Assembly: GCA_965214205.1 (NCBI GenBank)
Contig: OZ243941.1
Coordinates: 736,154 to 800,153, forward strand
Reading direction: 5' to 3'
Length of the DNA stretch: 64,000 nucleotides
Source of the DNA: Candidatus Poriferihabitaceae bacterium
GTDB taxonomy: Bacteria; Pseudomonadota; Gammaproteobacteria; Arenicellales; Poriferihabitantaceae
The position numbers were made by a program, and so were the translations under genes. The notes beneath the pieces are model-generated. The model saw nothing but the letters and a program-made list of their open reading frames with translations. It had not been told where the DNA came from and ran no database searches. This document shows, piece after piece, positions 1 through 9,395 of this stretch (its first letter is position 1; each line of letters opens with the position of its first letter).

Positions 1-1
1 C

Positions 2-451
<450 letters not shown>

Positions 452-463
452 CCCTGGGAATGA

Positions 464-482
464 GGGGGCGGTGAACGCCCCC
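464..482 (+). terminator. GC-rich hairpin 13 nt after the katG stop (GGGGGCG-gtgaa-CGCCCCC)
   Basis: Perfect 7-bp stem with a 5-nt loop, read directly. Only a short TT follows, so intrinsic-terminator function is tentative. Confidence 0.4.
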
Positions 483-490
483 TTGCCAGC

Positions 491-1084
491 ATGGGAGATT
501 TGCGGTTGGCGCGGGTTCCGCGAAAACATTACATATCGGCGCAGGATCTCCTCGAAGATTCCTGCAGGCTGGGGGCGCAAATTGTCAAAAGCGGTTTTCG
601 GCCGGATTTTGTGGTTGGTGTCTGGCGCGGGGGCGCGCCGGTGGCTATCGCCGTTCAGGAAATGCTCGAGTATTTCGGCATCCAGAGCGACCATATCAGT
701 GTGCGGACTTCGTTTTATACTGGAATTTCAGAGACAGCCAGCAAGGTGCGGGTGTGCGGCCTGGACTATCTGGTTGAGAATCTGAAGCCGGAGAATGCGC
801 TGCTGGTCGTGGATGATGTGTACGATTCAGGCCAGAGCATACAGGCCCTGCTGGAGGAGCTTGCCGCGCGGACCCGGCAGAATATGCCTCAGCAGGTGCG
901 GATTGCGGCCCCATGGTACAAGAGCGCGAACAACCAGACCGGGCGAGAACCGGATTACTATGTGCATACCACCGGGCAGTGGCTGGTTTTCCCGCATGAG
1001 ATTATGGGGTTGTCGGAGGAAGAGTTGGTACAGGGGAAAGGTGAGTTGATGAAGATCATACAATCGGTCAACTGTAGTGGATAA
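491..1084 (+). CDS. phosphoribosyltransferase, Gpt/Xpt-like
   Basis: 197 aa with PRPP-binding loop LLVVDDVYDSGQS and an upstream VGVWRGGAPVA block laid out as in xanthine-guanine PRTases. Confidence 0.75.
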   Translation: MGDLRLARVPRKHYISAQDLLEDSCRLGAQIVKSGFRPDFVVGVWRGGAPVAIAVQEMLEYFGIQSDHISVRTSFYTGISETASKVRVCGLDYLVENLKPENALLVVDDVYDSGQSIQALLEELAARTRQNMPQQVRIAAPWYKSANNQTGREPDYYVHTTGQWLVFPHEIMGLSEEELVQGKGELMKIIQSVNCSG

Positions 1085-1215
1085 TGTTGGATAATATCGC
1101 AAAATTAAATATTGCATAATCTCACCGGCTTGTATATTCTGCCTCCACCTTAAAGCGGTTTGACAACGGCGCTTTCCCTATTCTTCATACTTTCTTTTAA
1201 TCACGGGACTTTAAG

Positions 1216-1917
1216 ATGGTTGACGATAACTATGATGACGATGAACTGGATTTATCGTCGTTGCCCGACGATGAACTCGTTGAACAAATGCACGATGATC
1301 TTTATGACGGGTTGCGGGAGGAAATCATAGAGGGCACCAATATTCTGCTGGAACGGGGATGGGCGGCCACCCGGGTTCTGGATGACGCTCTGGTGGAGGG
1401 CATGCGAATTGTCGGTATCGATTTCCGTGATGGCATTTTGTTCGTTCCTGAAGTGTTGATGTCGGCCAACGCGATGAAGGGCGGGATGGAAATTCTCCGT
1501 CCGTTGCTGGCCGAGACCGGCGCCGAGCCGATTGGCAAAATGATTATCGGCACGGTGAAGGGCGATATTCATGATATTGGTAAAAATCTCGTCGCCATGA
1601 TGATGGAGGGGGCGGGGTTTGAAGTGATCAATCTCGGTATCGACAACCCGGTGGATAATTATATGAACGCGATTGAAGAACACAATCCGGATATCATCGG
1701 CATGTCGGCGCTGTTGACAACCACGATGCCTTATATGAAAGTGGTGATCGACACGCTGGTGGAAAGGGGCATTCGTGATGACTATATCGTATTGGTTGGC
1801 GGGGCGCCCTTGAACGAGGAGTTCGGTCAGGCCATTGGCGCCGATGCTTACTGTCGGGACGCGGCGGTTGCGGTGGAAACGGCGCAGGCCAAGATTGCCG
1901 AAAAGCGGGCCGCGTAA
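1216..1917 (+). CDS. corrinoid (B12-binding) methyl-carrier protein with helical cap
   Basis: DxHxxG motif (GDIHDIGKN), SALLTTT and VGGAPL motifs of the MetH/MtaC-type B12-binding domain. The first 32 aa are extremely acidic. Confidence 0.85.
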   Translation: MVDDNYDDDELDLSSLPDDELVEQMHDDLYDGLREEIIEGTNILLERGWAATRVLDDALVEGMRIVGIDFRDGILFVPEVLMSANAMKGGMEILRPLLAETGAEPIGKMIIGTVKGDIHDIGKNLVAMMMEGAGFEVINLGIDNPVDNYMNAIEEHNPDIIGMSALLTTTMPYMKVVIDTLVERGIRDDYIVLVGGAPLNEEFGQAIGADAYCRDAAVAVETAQAKIAEKRAA

Positions 1918-1954
1918 AAACCCTGCTGTCGCGTTCCCGTGATTTAACCGATGG

Positions 1955-2602
1955 TTGTCTGAAGTTCCCGGTGAGGCGCTTCCAATGAAAAAAGTTCTGG
2001 TGATTGCCTGCGGCGCCCTGGCCCATGAACTGGTCCGAGTCAAGAGTCTCAATCATTGGGACCATGTTGATATCCAGTGTTTGCCCGCCGAGTTGCATAA
2101 TCACCCACAGAACATTCCGCAGGCGGTCCGGGAAAAAATCCGGGATAATCGCGCGGATTATGAAAAACTGTTTGTGGCCTATTCGGACTGCGGGACAGGT
2201 GGGTTGCTGGATAAGACGCTCAGAGAGGAGAATGTCGAGCGGCTGCCGGGCGCTCATTGTTATGAAATGTTTGCCGGCAAGGAAAAATTTCGTGATTTGC
2301 ATGAATCCGAACCTGGCACTTTCTATCTCACCGATTTCCTGGCCACTCATTTTGACCGACTGGTCATCCGTGGATTGTCGCTGGATAAATATCCCGAGTT
2401 GAAAGACCAGTTCTTCGGAAATTACAAAAAACTGGTTTATTTATCCCAGAAGGAAGACGCCGAGGTCGAGAAAAAGGCGGAAGAAGCGGCCCGATATCTG
2501 GGCGTGAGCTATGAAAAGGTGGTGACCGGGGACAAGCTTCTGGAATCTGAACTTCAAGTTCGGCTTGCCGGTGAGGCGGGGTATACTTCAGCCGCGCCCT
2601 GA
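1955..2602 (+). CDS. DUF1638 domain protein
   Basis: VLVIACGALAHEL...AELHNHPQNIP...AYSDCGTGGLLD...GAHCYEMF pattern typical of DUF1638, a family that co-occurs with corrinoid methyltransferase genes. Confidence 0.7.
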   Translation: MSEVPGEALPMKKVLVIACGALAHELVRVKSLNHWDHVDIQCLPAELHNHPQNIPQAVREKIRDNRADYEKLFVAYSDCGTGGLLDKTLREENVERLPGAHCYEMFAGKEKFRDLHESEPGTFYLTDFLATHFDRLVIRGLSLDKYPELKDQFFGNYKKLVYLSQKEDAEVEKKAEEAARYLGVSYEKVVTGDKLLESELQVRLAGEAGYTSAAP

Positions 2603-2646
2603 TTCGATCTCACTATTGGCTGGCAGGTTTTGCCTGGAAATATCTT

Positions 2647-2967
2647 ATGGCTCAATTGATTACGGTTTACTGGCGTGATATTCCCGCCCAGGTGATCGCG
2701 AAAGAACGGCGAAAAGCGGAAAAAGTGCAGCTTTCCGAGCGTTTCGCCGAGGCCATTGACGCGGCCGCGATGCGTGCGGGCAAGGCTGGAACCGACGCTT
2801 ATCTTGAGGAGTGGAGACGGGTTTCCGAGAAATGCGGAGATGACCTGAAATCTGTGGCTGAGGCGAGGGCCGCCAGTCTGGAAGAGTCATACGACCGGGA
2901 AAGATTGATCGGGCTTGTACGCAACCACGGCAATGATTCCGCAGGCGGTGAGTCAGGCGAAACGTAA
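2647..2967 (+). CDS. small conserved protein of unknown function (family often auto-annotated 'virulence factor', PF13769-like)
   Basis: 106 aa with N-terminal block ITVYWRDIPAQVIA...LSERFAEAIDAAAMRAGK...AYLEEWRR. The family assignment is from memory. Confidence 0.55.
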   Translation: MAQLITVYWRDIPAQVIAKERRKAEKVQLSERFAEAIDAAAMRAGKAGTDAYLEEWRRVSEKCGDDLKSVAEARAASLEESYDRERLIGLVRNHGNDSAGGESGET

Positions 2968-3001
2968 CAGAACTTGCAAATCAGGTTAAACAGACAAGGT
3001 T

Positions 3002-3898
3002 ATGACGGATACGGTGATCAGTTCGGCAACCCGGGAAGTGCGTATCGGCTTTGAGCAGCCATTTGTGATTGTCGGAGAAAGAATCAATCCGACCGGGAGG
3101 AAGATTCTCGCAGAAGAAATGAAGGTCGGGGATTACAGCCGCGTGCAAAGCGACGCGTTGGCACAGGTTGCCGCGGGCGCCGCCATGCTGGATGTGAATG
3201 CCGGGATTCCGCTGGCTGATGAGCCGCGAATTCTGGCTGAGGCCATTCAACTGGTGCAGTCGATTACCGATGTTCCGCTTTCCATTGATTCGTCTATCGT
3301 GGCGGCGCTGGAAGCGGGTCTGGAGGTGTATCAGGGTAAGGCGTTGTTGAATTCGGTGACCGGGGAGGAGGAACGGCTTGAGTCCGTATTGCCGCTGGTC
3401 AGTAAGTATGGCGCCGCCGTGGTCGCTATTTCGAACGATGAGGCCGGCATATCAGAAAACCCGGATGAACGTTTCGATGTCGCAAAGAGGATTGTTGAGA
3501 GGGCGGCGGATTACGGGATTCATCACAGCGATGTGGTAGTTGACCCGCTGGTCATGCCGGTCGGCGCTGTCAACAGCGCCGGGCGCCAGGTATTGCATCT
3601 GGTCAAGCGGCTGAGGGATGAGTTGAAGGTCAATACCACCTGCGGCGCCTCGAATTTCAGCTTCGGCATCCCGAATCGAAAAGGAATGGATGGGCATTTT
3701 CTCAGTATGGCGATTGGCGCGGGTATGACCTCGGCGATCACCAACCCGCTTCATGAAGAGGTGATGCAGGGGGTCATGAGCGCCGATGTGGTCATGGGGC
3801 ATGACGTGAATTGTGTGCGCTGGTTGAAAAAATATCGGCAGCCGACCCCTGAAGGCGCGGGCGGCGGGCGTCCCAATCGCCGGCGCCGCAGGGGATAG
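3002..3898 (+). CDS. methyltetrahydrofolate:corrinoid methyltransferase (pterin-binding domain, MeTr/MetH-module-like)
   Basis: VIVGERINPTGRK, AGAAMLDVNAG and CGASNFSFGIPNR...SAITNP are pterin-binding (DHPS-like) barrel motifs. The protein ends in GGGRPNRRRRRG. Confidence 0.85.
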   Translation: MTDTVISSATREVRIGFEQPFVIVGERINPTGRKILAEEMKVGDYSRVQSDALAQVAAGAAMLDVNAGIPLADEPRILAEAIQLVQSITDVPLSIDSSIVAALEAGLEVYQGKALLNSVTGEEERLESVLPLVSKYGAAVVAISNDEAGISENPDERFDVAKRIVERAADYGIHHSDVVVDPLVMPVGAVNSAGRQVLHLVKRLRDELKVNTTCGASNFSFGIPNRKGMDGHFLSMAIGAGMTSAITNPLHEEVMQGVMSADVVMGHDVNCVRWLKKYRQPTPEGAGGGRPNRRRRRG

Positions 3899-3910
3899 CC
3901 CCGTTTTGTA

Positions 3911-5941
3911 ATGAACGAGACCAGCGCAACCGTACAGGTCGTCTTTACTCCGTCGGGCAAGCGCGGTGAGATTGTTCGGGGCAAGTCTGTGCTGGAGGCG
4001 GCCCAGCAACTGGGCGTCGACCTGGATACTGTGTGCGGCGGCCGGGGCATTTGCGACCGTTGCCAGATTGATCACAGCATCGGTGAGTTCGCCAAGTTTC
4101 AAATCCATTCCAATGCGGAAAATCTCTCTCCCCCAAGCGTCAGCGAGAAGGAGTTTTTTGACAGGGGTTCGCCTGCGACCCGCAGGCTGGGTTGTCAGGC
4201 GAAATTGCTTGGAGATGTGGTTATCGACGTGCCGCCGGAAAGCCAGGCGCACAAGCAGGTGGTTCGCAAACGGCTGGATGTTCATAGCATCACCCTGAAT
4301 CCGTCCGTCCGACTGCACTATGTCGAAGTGCCCGAGCCGGACATGCATGATCCAACCGGGGATTTGCAACGCACCCAGGACGCGCTGGAGTTCGACTGGG
4401 GCCTGTCTGATGTTTCATTCGATTTTCATCTGTTGGCTTCATTACAGGGCGTATTGCGGCAGGGGGAGTGGAAAATAACCATTGCGGTGCATCGCGGGAA
4501 ACAGGCAATTGCCATCTGGCCGGGGCTTAAAACCAATATTTATGGCGTGGCGGTGGATGTCGGCTCGACCACCATCGCGGCGCATTTATGTGATCTGGTC
4601 AGCGGCGAAGCGATCCATTCGGCTGGACGGATGAATCCCCAGATCCGATTTGGCGAAGACCTGATGAGCCGGGTTTCTTATGTGATGATGAACCCGGGCG
4701 GCGAAGCGGATATGACCCGCGCGGTCCGGGTTGCCTTGCAGGGCTTGATCGAAGACCTGGTTGTCGGAATGAACATCGCGTTGAGCGATGTGGTGGATAT
4801 GACGCTGGTTGGAAATCCGGTTATGCACCATTTGCTGCTGGGCATCAATCCGGTCGAGTTGGGCGGCGCTCCGTTTGCCCTGACCACAGACGCGGCGCTC
4901 GATATCCGGGCCGAAGAGATTGATCTGACAGTCAATCCGGGCGCCAGAGCCTATATTCTCCCCTGTATCGCGGGCCATGTGGGGGCGGATGCCGCTGCCG
5001 CCACGCTTTCCGAGGCTCCTTACGAGCGCAGCGAACTGACCTTGCTGGTGGATGTTGGCACCAACGCGGAAATCGTGCTCGGCAACAACCGGAAAATGGT
5101 GGCGGCTTCCAGTCCGACCGGTCCGGCTTTCGAGGGCGCGCAAATCAGCGGAGGCCAGAGAGCGGCGCCGGGGGCGATTGAAAGAGTGCGAATCGACAGG
5201 CAAACCCTGGAACCCCGATTCCGGATCATCGGCAGCGAACTATGGTCGGACCAGCCCGGGTTCGAGGAGGAGACCGCAGCCACCGGCATTACCGGAATAT
5301 GTGGCTCGGGCATTATCGAGGTGATGGCCGAGATGTACCTGGCCGGTCTGATCAGGCCGGATGGCGTGATTGATGGTAGTCTGGCCTCAAGAACCGGGCG
5401 GTTGATCCTGAATGAGAAAACCTGGAGCTACAAACTGTACGATGAGGGGCGGATTCAGATATTGATTACGCAAAATGACGTTCGGGCAATCCAGTTGGCG
5501 AAAGCCGCGTTGTACGCGGGCGCGCGGTTGTTGATGGATAAACTGAAAGTGGACTCGGTTGACCGGATTCGCCTGGCGGGAGCGTTCGGGGCGCATATCG
5601 ACGTCAAATACGCGATGACGCTCGGGATGATTCCGGACTGTGAACTGGACCATGTCAGCTCTGCCGGCAACGCGGCCGGAGCCGGGGCCACCATTACCTT
5701 GCTCGATACCGATGCGCGCTCGGAGATTGAGGACGCGGTCAAGCGGATCCAGAAGGTGGAAACGGCGGTGGAAGCCCGATTCCAGGAACACTTTGTAGCC
5801 GCCCTGGCGATACCTCATAAAACCGCGGCATTCGATCATCTTCGCCGGCAGGTTGATCTTCCCCAACCTGTCGATGCCGGGTCGGAACATCCCGGCGGCG
5901 GGCGGCAGCGCCGTCGTCAGCGTCGCCAGAGTGCGCAGTGA
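3911..5941 (+). CDS. corrinoid reductive activase (RACo/RamA-like): N-terminal 2Fe-2S ferredoxin domain plus ASKHA ATPase domain
   Basis: CGGRGICDRCQ plant-type ferredoxin motif. GVAVDVGSTTIAAHL and LLVDVGTNAEIVLG are ASKHA phosphate-binding motifs. 676 aa, ending in GGGRQRRRQRRQSAQ. Confidence 0.85.
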   Translation: MNETSATVQVVFTPSGKRGEIVRGKSVLEAAQQLGVDLDTVCGGRGICDRCQIDHSIGEFAKFQIHSNAENLSPPSVSEKEFFDRGSPATRRLGCQAKLLGDVVIDVPPESQAHKQVVRKRLDVHSITLNPSVRLHYVEVPEPDMHDPTGDLQRTQDALEFDWGLSDVSFDFHLLASLQGVLRQGEWKITIAVHRGKQAIAIWPGLKTNIYGVAVDVGSTTIAAHLCDLVSGEAIHSAGRMNPQIRFGEDLMSRVSYVMMNPGGEADMTRAVRVALQGLIEDLVVGMNIALSDVVDMTLVGNPVMHHLLLGINPVELGGAPFALTTDAALDIRAEEIDLTVNPGARAYILPCIAGHVGADAAAATLSEAPYERSELTLLVDVGTNAEIVLGNNRKMVAASSPTGPAFEGAQISGGQRAAPGAIERVRIDRQTLEPRFRIIGSELWSDQPGFEEETAATGITGICGSGIIEVMAEMYLAGLIRPDGVIDGSLASRTGRLILNEKTWSYKLYDEGRIQILITQNDVRAIQLAKAALYAGARLLMDKLKVDSVDRIRLAGAFGAHIDVKYAMTLGMIPDCELDHVSSAGNAAGAGATITLLDTDARSEIEDAVKRIQKVETAVEARFQEHFVAALAIPHKTAAFDHLRRQVDLPQPVDAGSEHPGGGRQRRRQRRQSAQ

Positions 5942-5951
5942 TCCAGACCGC

Positions 5952-7694
5952 TCAGGAATTGATCTGATCAATTAATTGTTTCGCCTGCTTTTGATCGGCC
6001 GTTTTCAGCAGCCGCTCCACCAGGGGCTGGATTTTGGCGATGTCGGTGAGCCGGGTCTGCCGTTTCACTTCGAGGATGGCCGACGGATCCATGCTGAAAT
6101 CCCGCAGCCCTATGCCAAGCAACACGCGGGTGTAATGCACGTTCCCGGCCATTTCACCGCACATAGAAACTGGAATCCGGGCCGCTTTCCCCGCGTTGAT
6201 CGTGGTTTTGATCAATCTCAAAATAGAGGGGTGCAACGGGTCGTACAGATAGTTGACTTCATCATCCACCCGGTCAATCGCCAATGTGTATTGAATCAGG
6301 TCGTTGGTGCCAATGGCCAGAAAATCGAGCTTGTCGGCGAACAGGTCGGCCGCAACCGCCGCCGCCGGTACTTCGATCATGCCGCCGACAGGCACATCCG
6401 GGTCGTAATCAAAGCCCTGGAACCGAAGCTCTTCACGTACTTCATGGAGCAAGAGAAACAACTGGTCCAGTTCATCCATATTGGACAGCATTGGCACCAG
6501 CAGTTTGACCCGTCCGTGGACCGCCGCTCTGTAAATCGCCCGCAACTGCGGTTTGAATAAGGTCAGGTCGTGCAGACACAGCCGAATTGCGCGCCGCCCC
6601 AACGCGGGATTGGTGATCAGATTGTTGACACTGATTCCCTCCACCGGTTTGTCCCCGCCGATATCCAGGGTTCGAAATGTGACCGGGCGGGTTGTGTAGT
6701 TCAGGACCTGGCTGTATTTCTGGTATTGCTCCTCTTCGTCCGGGATTTCGGCCCGGTTCATATACAGGAACTCGGTTCGATACAAGCCGATTCCCGCGGC
6801 ATTCAACGACTCGCTTTCAAGCGCTTCCTCGGGCAATTCAATGTTGGAGTTCAACGCCACCTCAACACCATCCAGGGTGGTGGCGGTCTCTTCCACCAGA
6901 GCTTCCAATTCCTGGGAACGGCGAAGAATTTTCTCCCTTCTGGTTCGATAGGCTTCCAGCGTGGCTTCATCGGGGTCGGCAAGGACCACGCCCCGTTTGC
7001 CATCCAGAATCAGCTGATCGCCGGTACGCAGATAGCGAATACCGCCATGCAATCCGACAATGGCCGGGATTTTCAGGCTTTTCGCCAGAATCGCGGTATG
7101 TGAAATCGGGCTGCCGAGATTGGTGATGAATCCCCTGATATGATGTTTGTTCAGTTCGATGGTGTCGCCGGGGGTCAGATCATGGGCTACAATAATTTCC
7201 TCCTCGATCACCCCTTCAGCGCTTTCACCTTCAGGTGAGGCGCCGAAGTCATCCTGCTCATCCATCAACGCATCCTGAATACGGTTGATAACCTGCACTA
7301 CATCGACGGACTTGCTGCTGAGATAAGGGTCGTTAATTTCGCCGAATATCCTCTCGAGATGATCGGCGTGCCGCTGCAACGCCGCTTCCGCGTTGATGCC
7401 CTGCTCACGGATGATGGAGGCCGGTTCCTGACTGAGCATCGGGTCATCCAGCATCAATAAATGCGCGTTCAGTATGCCGCGAATTTCAGATACCCCCGCA
7501 GCGGGTAGCTGGGCGTCAATGGCCGCGAGTCTCCGGGCGGCGTTCCGGATCGCCTGCTTGAGACGCTCGACTTCCTGTTCGATGTTTTCAGGGTCTATGT
7601 CGTAGCTCGGGATATCCTGATCGAGTTGCCGTATAACCCGGGCGGTCCCGATGGCAATGCCATAGCCGACGCCGTTTCCATAGAGCGCTAACAT
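5952..7694 (-). CDS. ptsI: phosphoenolpyruvate-protein phosphotransferase (PTS enzyme I), PtsI length, no GAF domain
   Basis: 580 aa. Active-site region GSPISHTAILAKSLKIPAIVG, plus LYRTEFLYM and GTNDLIQYTLA blocks. Confidence 0.9.
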   Translation of the reverse strand: MLALYGNGVGYGIAIGTARVIRQLDQDIPSYDIDPENIEQEVERLKQAIRNAARRLAAIDAQLPAAGVSEIRGILNAHLLMLDDPMLSQEPASIIREQGINAEAALQRHADHLERIFGEINDPYLSSKSVDVVQVINRIQDALMDEQDDFGASPEGESAEGVIEEEIIVAHDLTPGDTIELNKHHIRGFITNLGSPISHTAILAKSLKIPAIVGLHGGIRYLRTGDQLILDGKRGVVLADPDEATLEAYRTRREKILRRSQELEALVEETATTLDGVEVALNSNIELPEEALESESLNAAGIGLYRTEFLYMNRAEIPDEEEQYQKYSQVLNYTTRPVTFRTLDIGGDKPVEGISVNNLITNPALGRRAIRLCLHDLTLFKPQLRAIYRAAVHGRVKLLVPMLSNMDELDQLFLLLHEVREELRFQGFDYDPDVPVGGMIEVPAAAVAADLFADKLDFLAIGTNDLIQYTLAIDRVDDEVNYLYDPLHPSILRLIKTTINAGKAARIPVSMCGEMAGNVHYTRVLLGIGLRDFSMDPSAILEVKRQTRLTDIAKIQPLVERLLKTADQKQAKQLIDQINS

Positions 7695-7709
7695 GGTCTT
7701 CCCGGCCCC

Positions 7710-7982
7710 CTATTCCCCTTCATCGAAATAATTTTCAAACAGCGCCGCTATTTCTTCGCTGGCAGCCTCGGCATCATCGCCCTCAACCACCAGTTCAAGC
7801 GATGAACCCTGGGTGGCGGCCAGCATCATGACTCCCATGATGCTTTTGGCATCCGCGGATTCCTCGCCATTGTGAAGCGCGATTTCACTTTCATAGTCCG
7901 AACACAACCTGACCAGTCTGGCGGCGGCACGGGCGTGTAAACCAAGTTTATTGATAACCTGAATCTGTTTGCGCACTTTCAT
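7710..7982 (-). CDS. ptsO: HPr-family phosphocarrier (NPr-like by position)
   Basis: 90 aa with the GLHARAA phospho-His motif. It overlaps the rapZ stop by 4 nt. Confidence 0.85.
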   Translation of the reverse strand: MKVRKQIQVINKLGLHARAAARLVRLCSDYESEIALHNGEESADAKSIMGVMMLAATQGSSLELVVEGDDAEAASEEIAALFENYFDEGE

Positions 7983-8869
7983 TTTGCAATGTCCCGATGG
8001 CGTATCTGCACATCGATACCCTTTTGTGAAAAAAGCCGCATCAACTGTTCGCTGATAAAGACCGAGCGATGCCGCCCGCCGGTGCAGCCTATCGCCACAG
8101 TGATGTAGCTTCGGTTTTCACTGGTGAATCCCGGCAGCCACTTTCCCAGAAACCGGAATATTTCCGCTTTCATGTCATTCACAATCGGCTTGCTTCCCAT
8201 AAAGTCCTGAACCGCCTTGTCCAGCCCGTTCAGCGATCGCAGGGATTCGTCCCAATACGGATTGGGCAGACATCTGACATCGAACACGAAATCCGCTTCC
8301 CGCGGGGTCCCATGTTTGAAGCCAAACGATTCGATCAGAAACAGCGGGGTGGAGGACAGGCCGCCCCCGGCAAAATCCCGGATCAGGCCGCGCAATTCAT
8401 GCGGGGTCATATCGGTGGTGTTGATGACATGATCCGCCCGGTCGTGCAGGGGGCGGGTCAGGGCATGTTCAAGGCGAATACCCTCAATCAGCGGTGTCCG
8501 GGCATCGGTGAGCGGGTGTTTTCTCCGGGTTCCGCTGTATCGACGAACCAGTTGTCGCTCTTCGGCTTCGAGAAACAATATCCGATAGCGGATACCATGA
8601 TCTTCGAGTGTCGACAAATGAGCGCTCAGATCCGCGAGATAACTCTTGTTGCGGGAATCTATGCTCACCGCGGCGCCTGAAAATCCGCCGTTGTCGGTGT
8701 TGATGGCGCTGTCCTGATCAGGAAAATCGGCAATAAACTGATGCAACAGGGGCGCGGGCAGGTTATCGATGCAAAAATAGCCAATATCTTCCAGCGACTG
8801 CAATGCGACACTCTTTCCGGAGCCGGACAGGCCGCTGATGATGATAATGTCAGTGTCGGGTCTGGTCAT
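7979..8869 (-). CDS. rapZ: RNase adapter protein RapZ (YhbJ)
   Basis: Walker A IIISGLSGSGKS, then ALQSLEDIGYFCIDNLP, and C-terminal AIGCTGGRHRSV. I chose the ATG at 8869 (MTRPDTD...) rather than the longer ORF start. Confidence 0.85.
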   Translation of the reverse strand: MTRPDTDIIIISGLSGSGKSVALQSLEDIGYFCIDNLPAPLLHQFIADFPDQDSAINTDNGGFSGAAVSIDSRNKSYLADLSAHLSTLEDHGIRYRILFLEAEERQLVRRYSGTRRKHPLTDARTPLIEGIRLEHALTRPLHDRADHVINTTDMTPHELRGLIRDFAGGGLSSTPLFLIESFGFKHGTPREADFVFDVRCLPNPYWDESLRSLNGLDKAVQDFMGSKPIVNDMKAEIFRFLGKWLPGFTSENRSYITVAIGCTGGRHRSVFISEQLMRLFSQKGIDVQIRHRDIAK

Positions 8870-9395
8870 CAACGAAACAGTGATACAGCGCTTCCGCGGT
8901 CCGGGTTTTCCTGAGATCGTCTGTAAATTGTTCATCGTTGAACTTCCCCGCAAGCAAGGCAAGCAGATTCAGATGCACTTCATGCGCATTGGCCGGAACC
9001 AGCAGACAGACTGCAAGCCAGACGGGCAGGCCGTCCGGCGCGTCATAATCCACTGGTTGCTTGAGTCTGGCGATTGAAATGACCGGTTGGCTCAATCCCT
9101 TAATCCGGCCATGGGGTAATGCGATCCCTTTGCCGAGCGCGGTGCATCCGAGACGCTCGCGGTTATACAAAGTATCAAAAATCAGATCGAGACCGGGCCT
9201 GTTTTCATCATGGCCATCACGGTCATCGTTGCTGTTGGCAATCAGTTTGGCGAATTGTTCCAGCAGCCGCTTTTTGCTGGTCACCTCCATGTCTGCGATG
9301 ACCAGATCGTAACTCAGGTAATCTTTCAGGGTTGCGCCGGGGGCAGCGAGTGGCTCATCATTATAATGAGCCACCTCGTTTACTGAGTCAGTCAT
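8850..9395 (-). CDS. ptsN: PTS IIA-Ntr (PtsN)
   Basis: 181 aa with GKGIALPHGR phospho-His region. It sits between hpf and rapZ as in the canonical locus. Confidence 0.85.
   Translation of the reverse strand: MTDSVNEVAHYNDEPLAAPGATLKDYLSYDLVIADMEVTSKKRLLEQFAKLIANSNDDRDGHDENRPGLDLIFDTLYNRERLGCTALGKGIALPHGRIKGLSQPVISIARLKQPVDYDAPDGLPVWLAVCLLVPANAHEVHLNLLALLAGKFNDEQFTDDLRKTRTAEALYHCFVDDQTRH

Noticed and set aside
1085-1215. A possible cobalamin riboswitch or strong promoter upstream of the corrinoid operon.
   Set aside because: Only 131 nt are available, and I saw no B12-box-like GCCACTG core and no long conserved helices. A TTGACA at 1160-1165 has no convincing -10 hexamer at 16-19 nt spacing.
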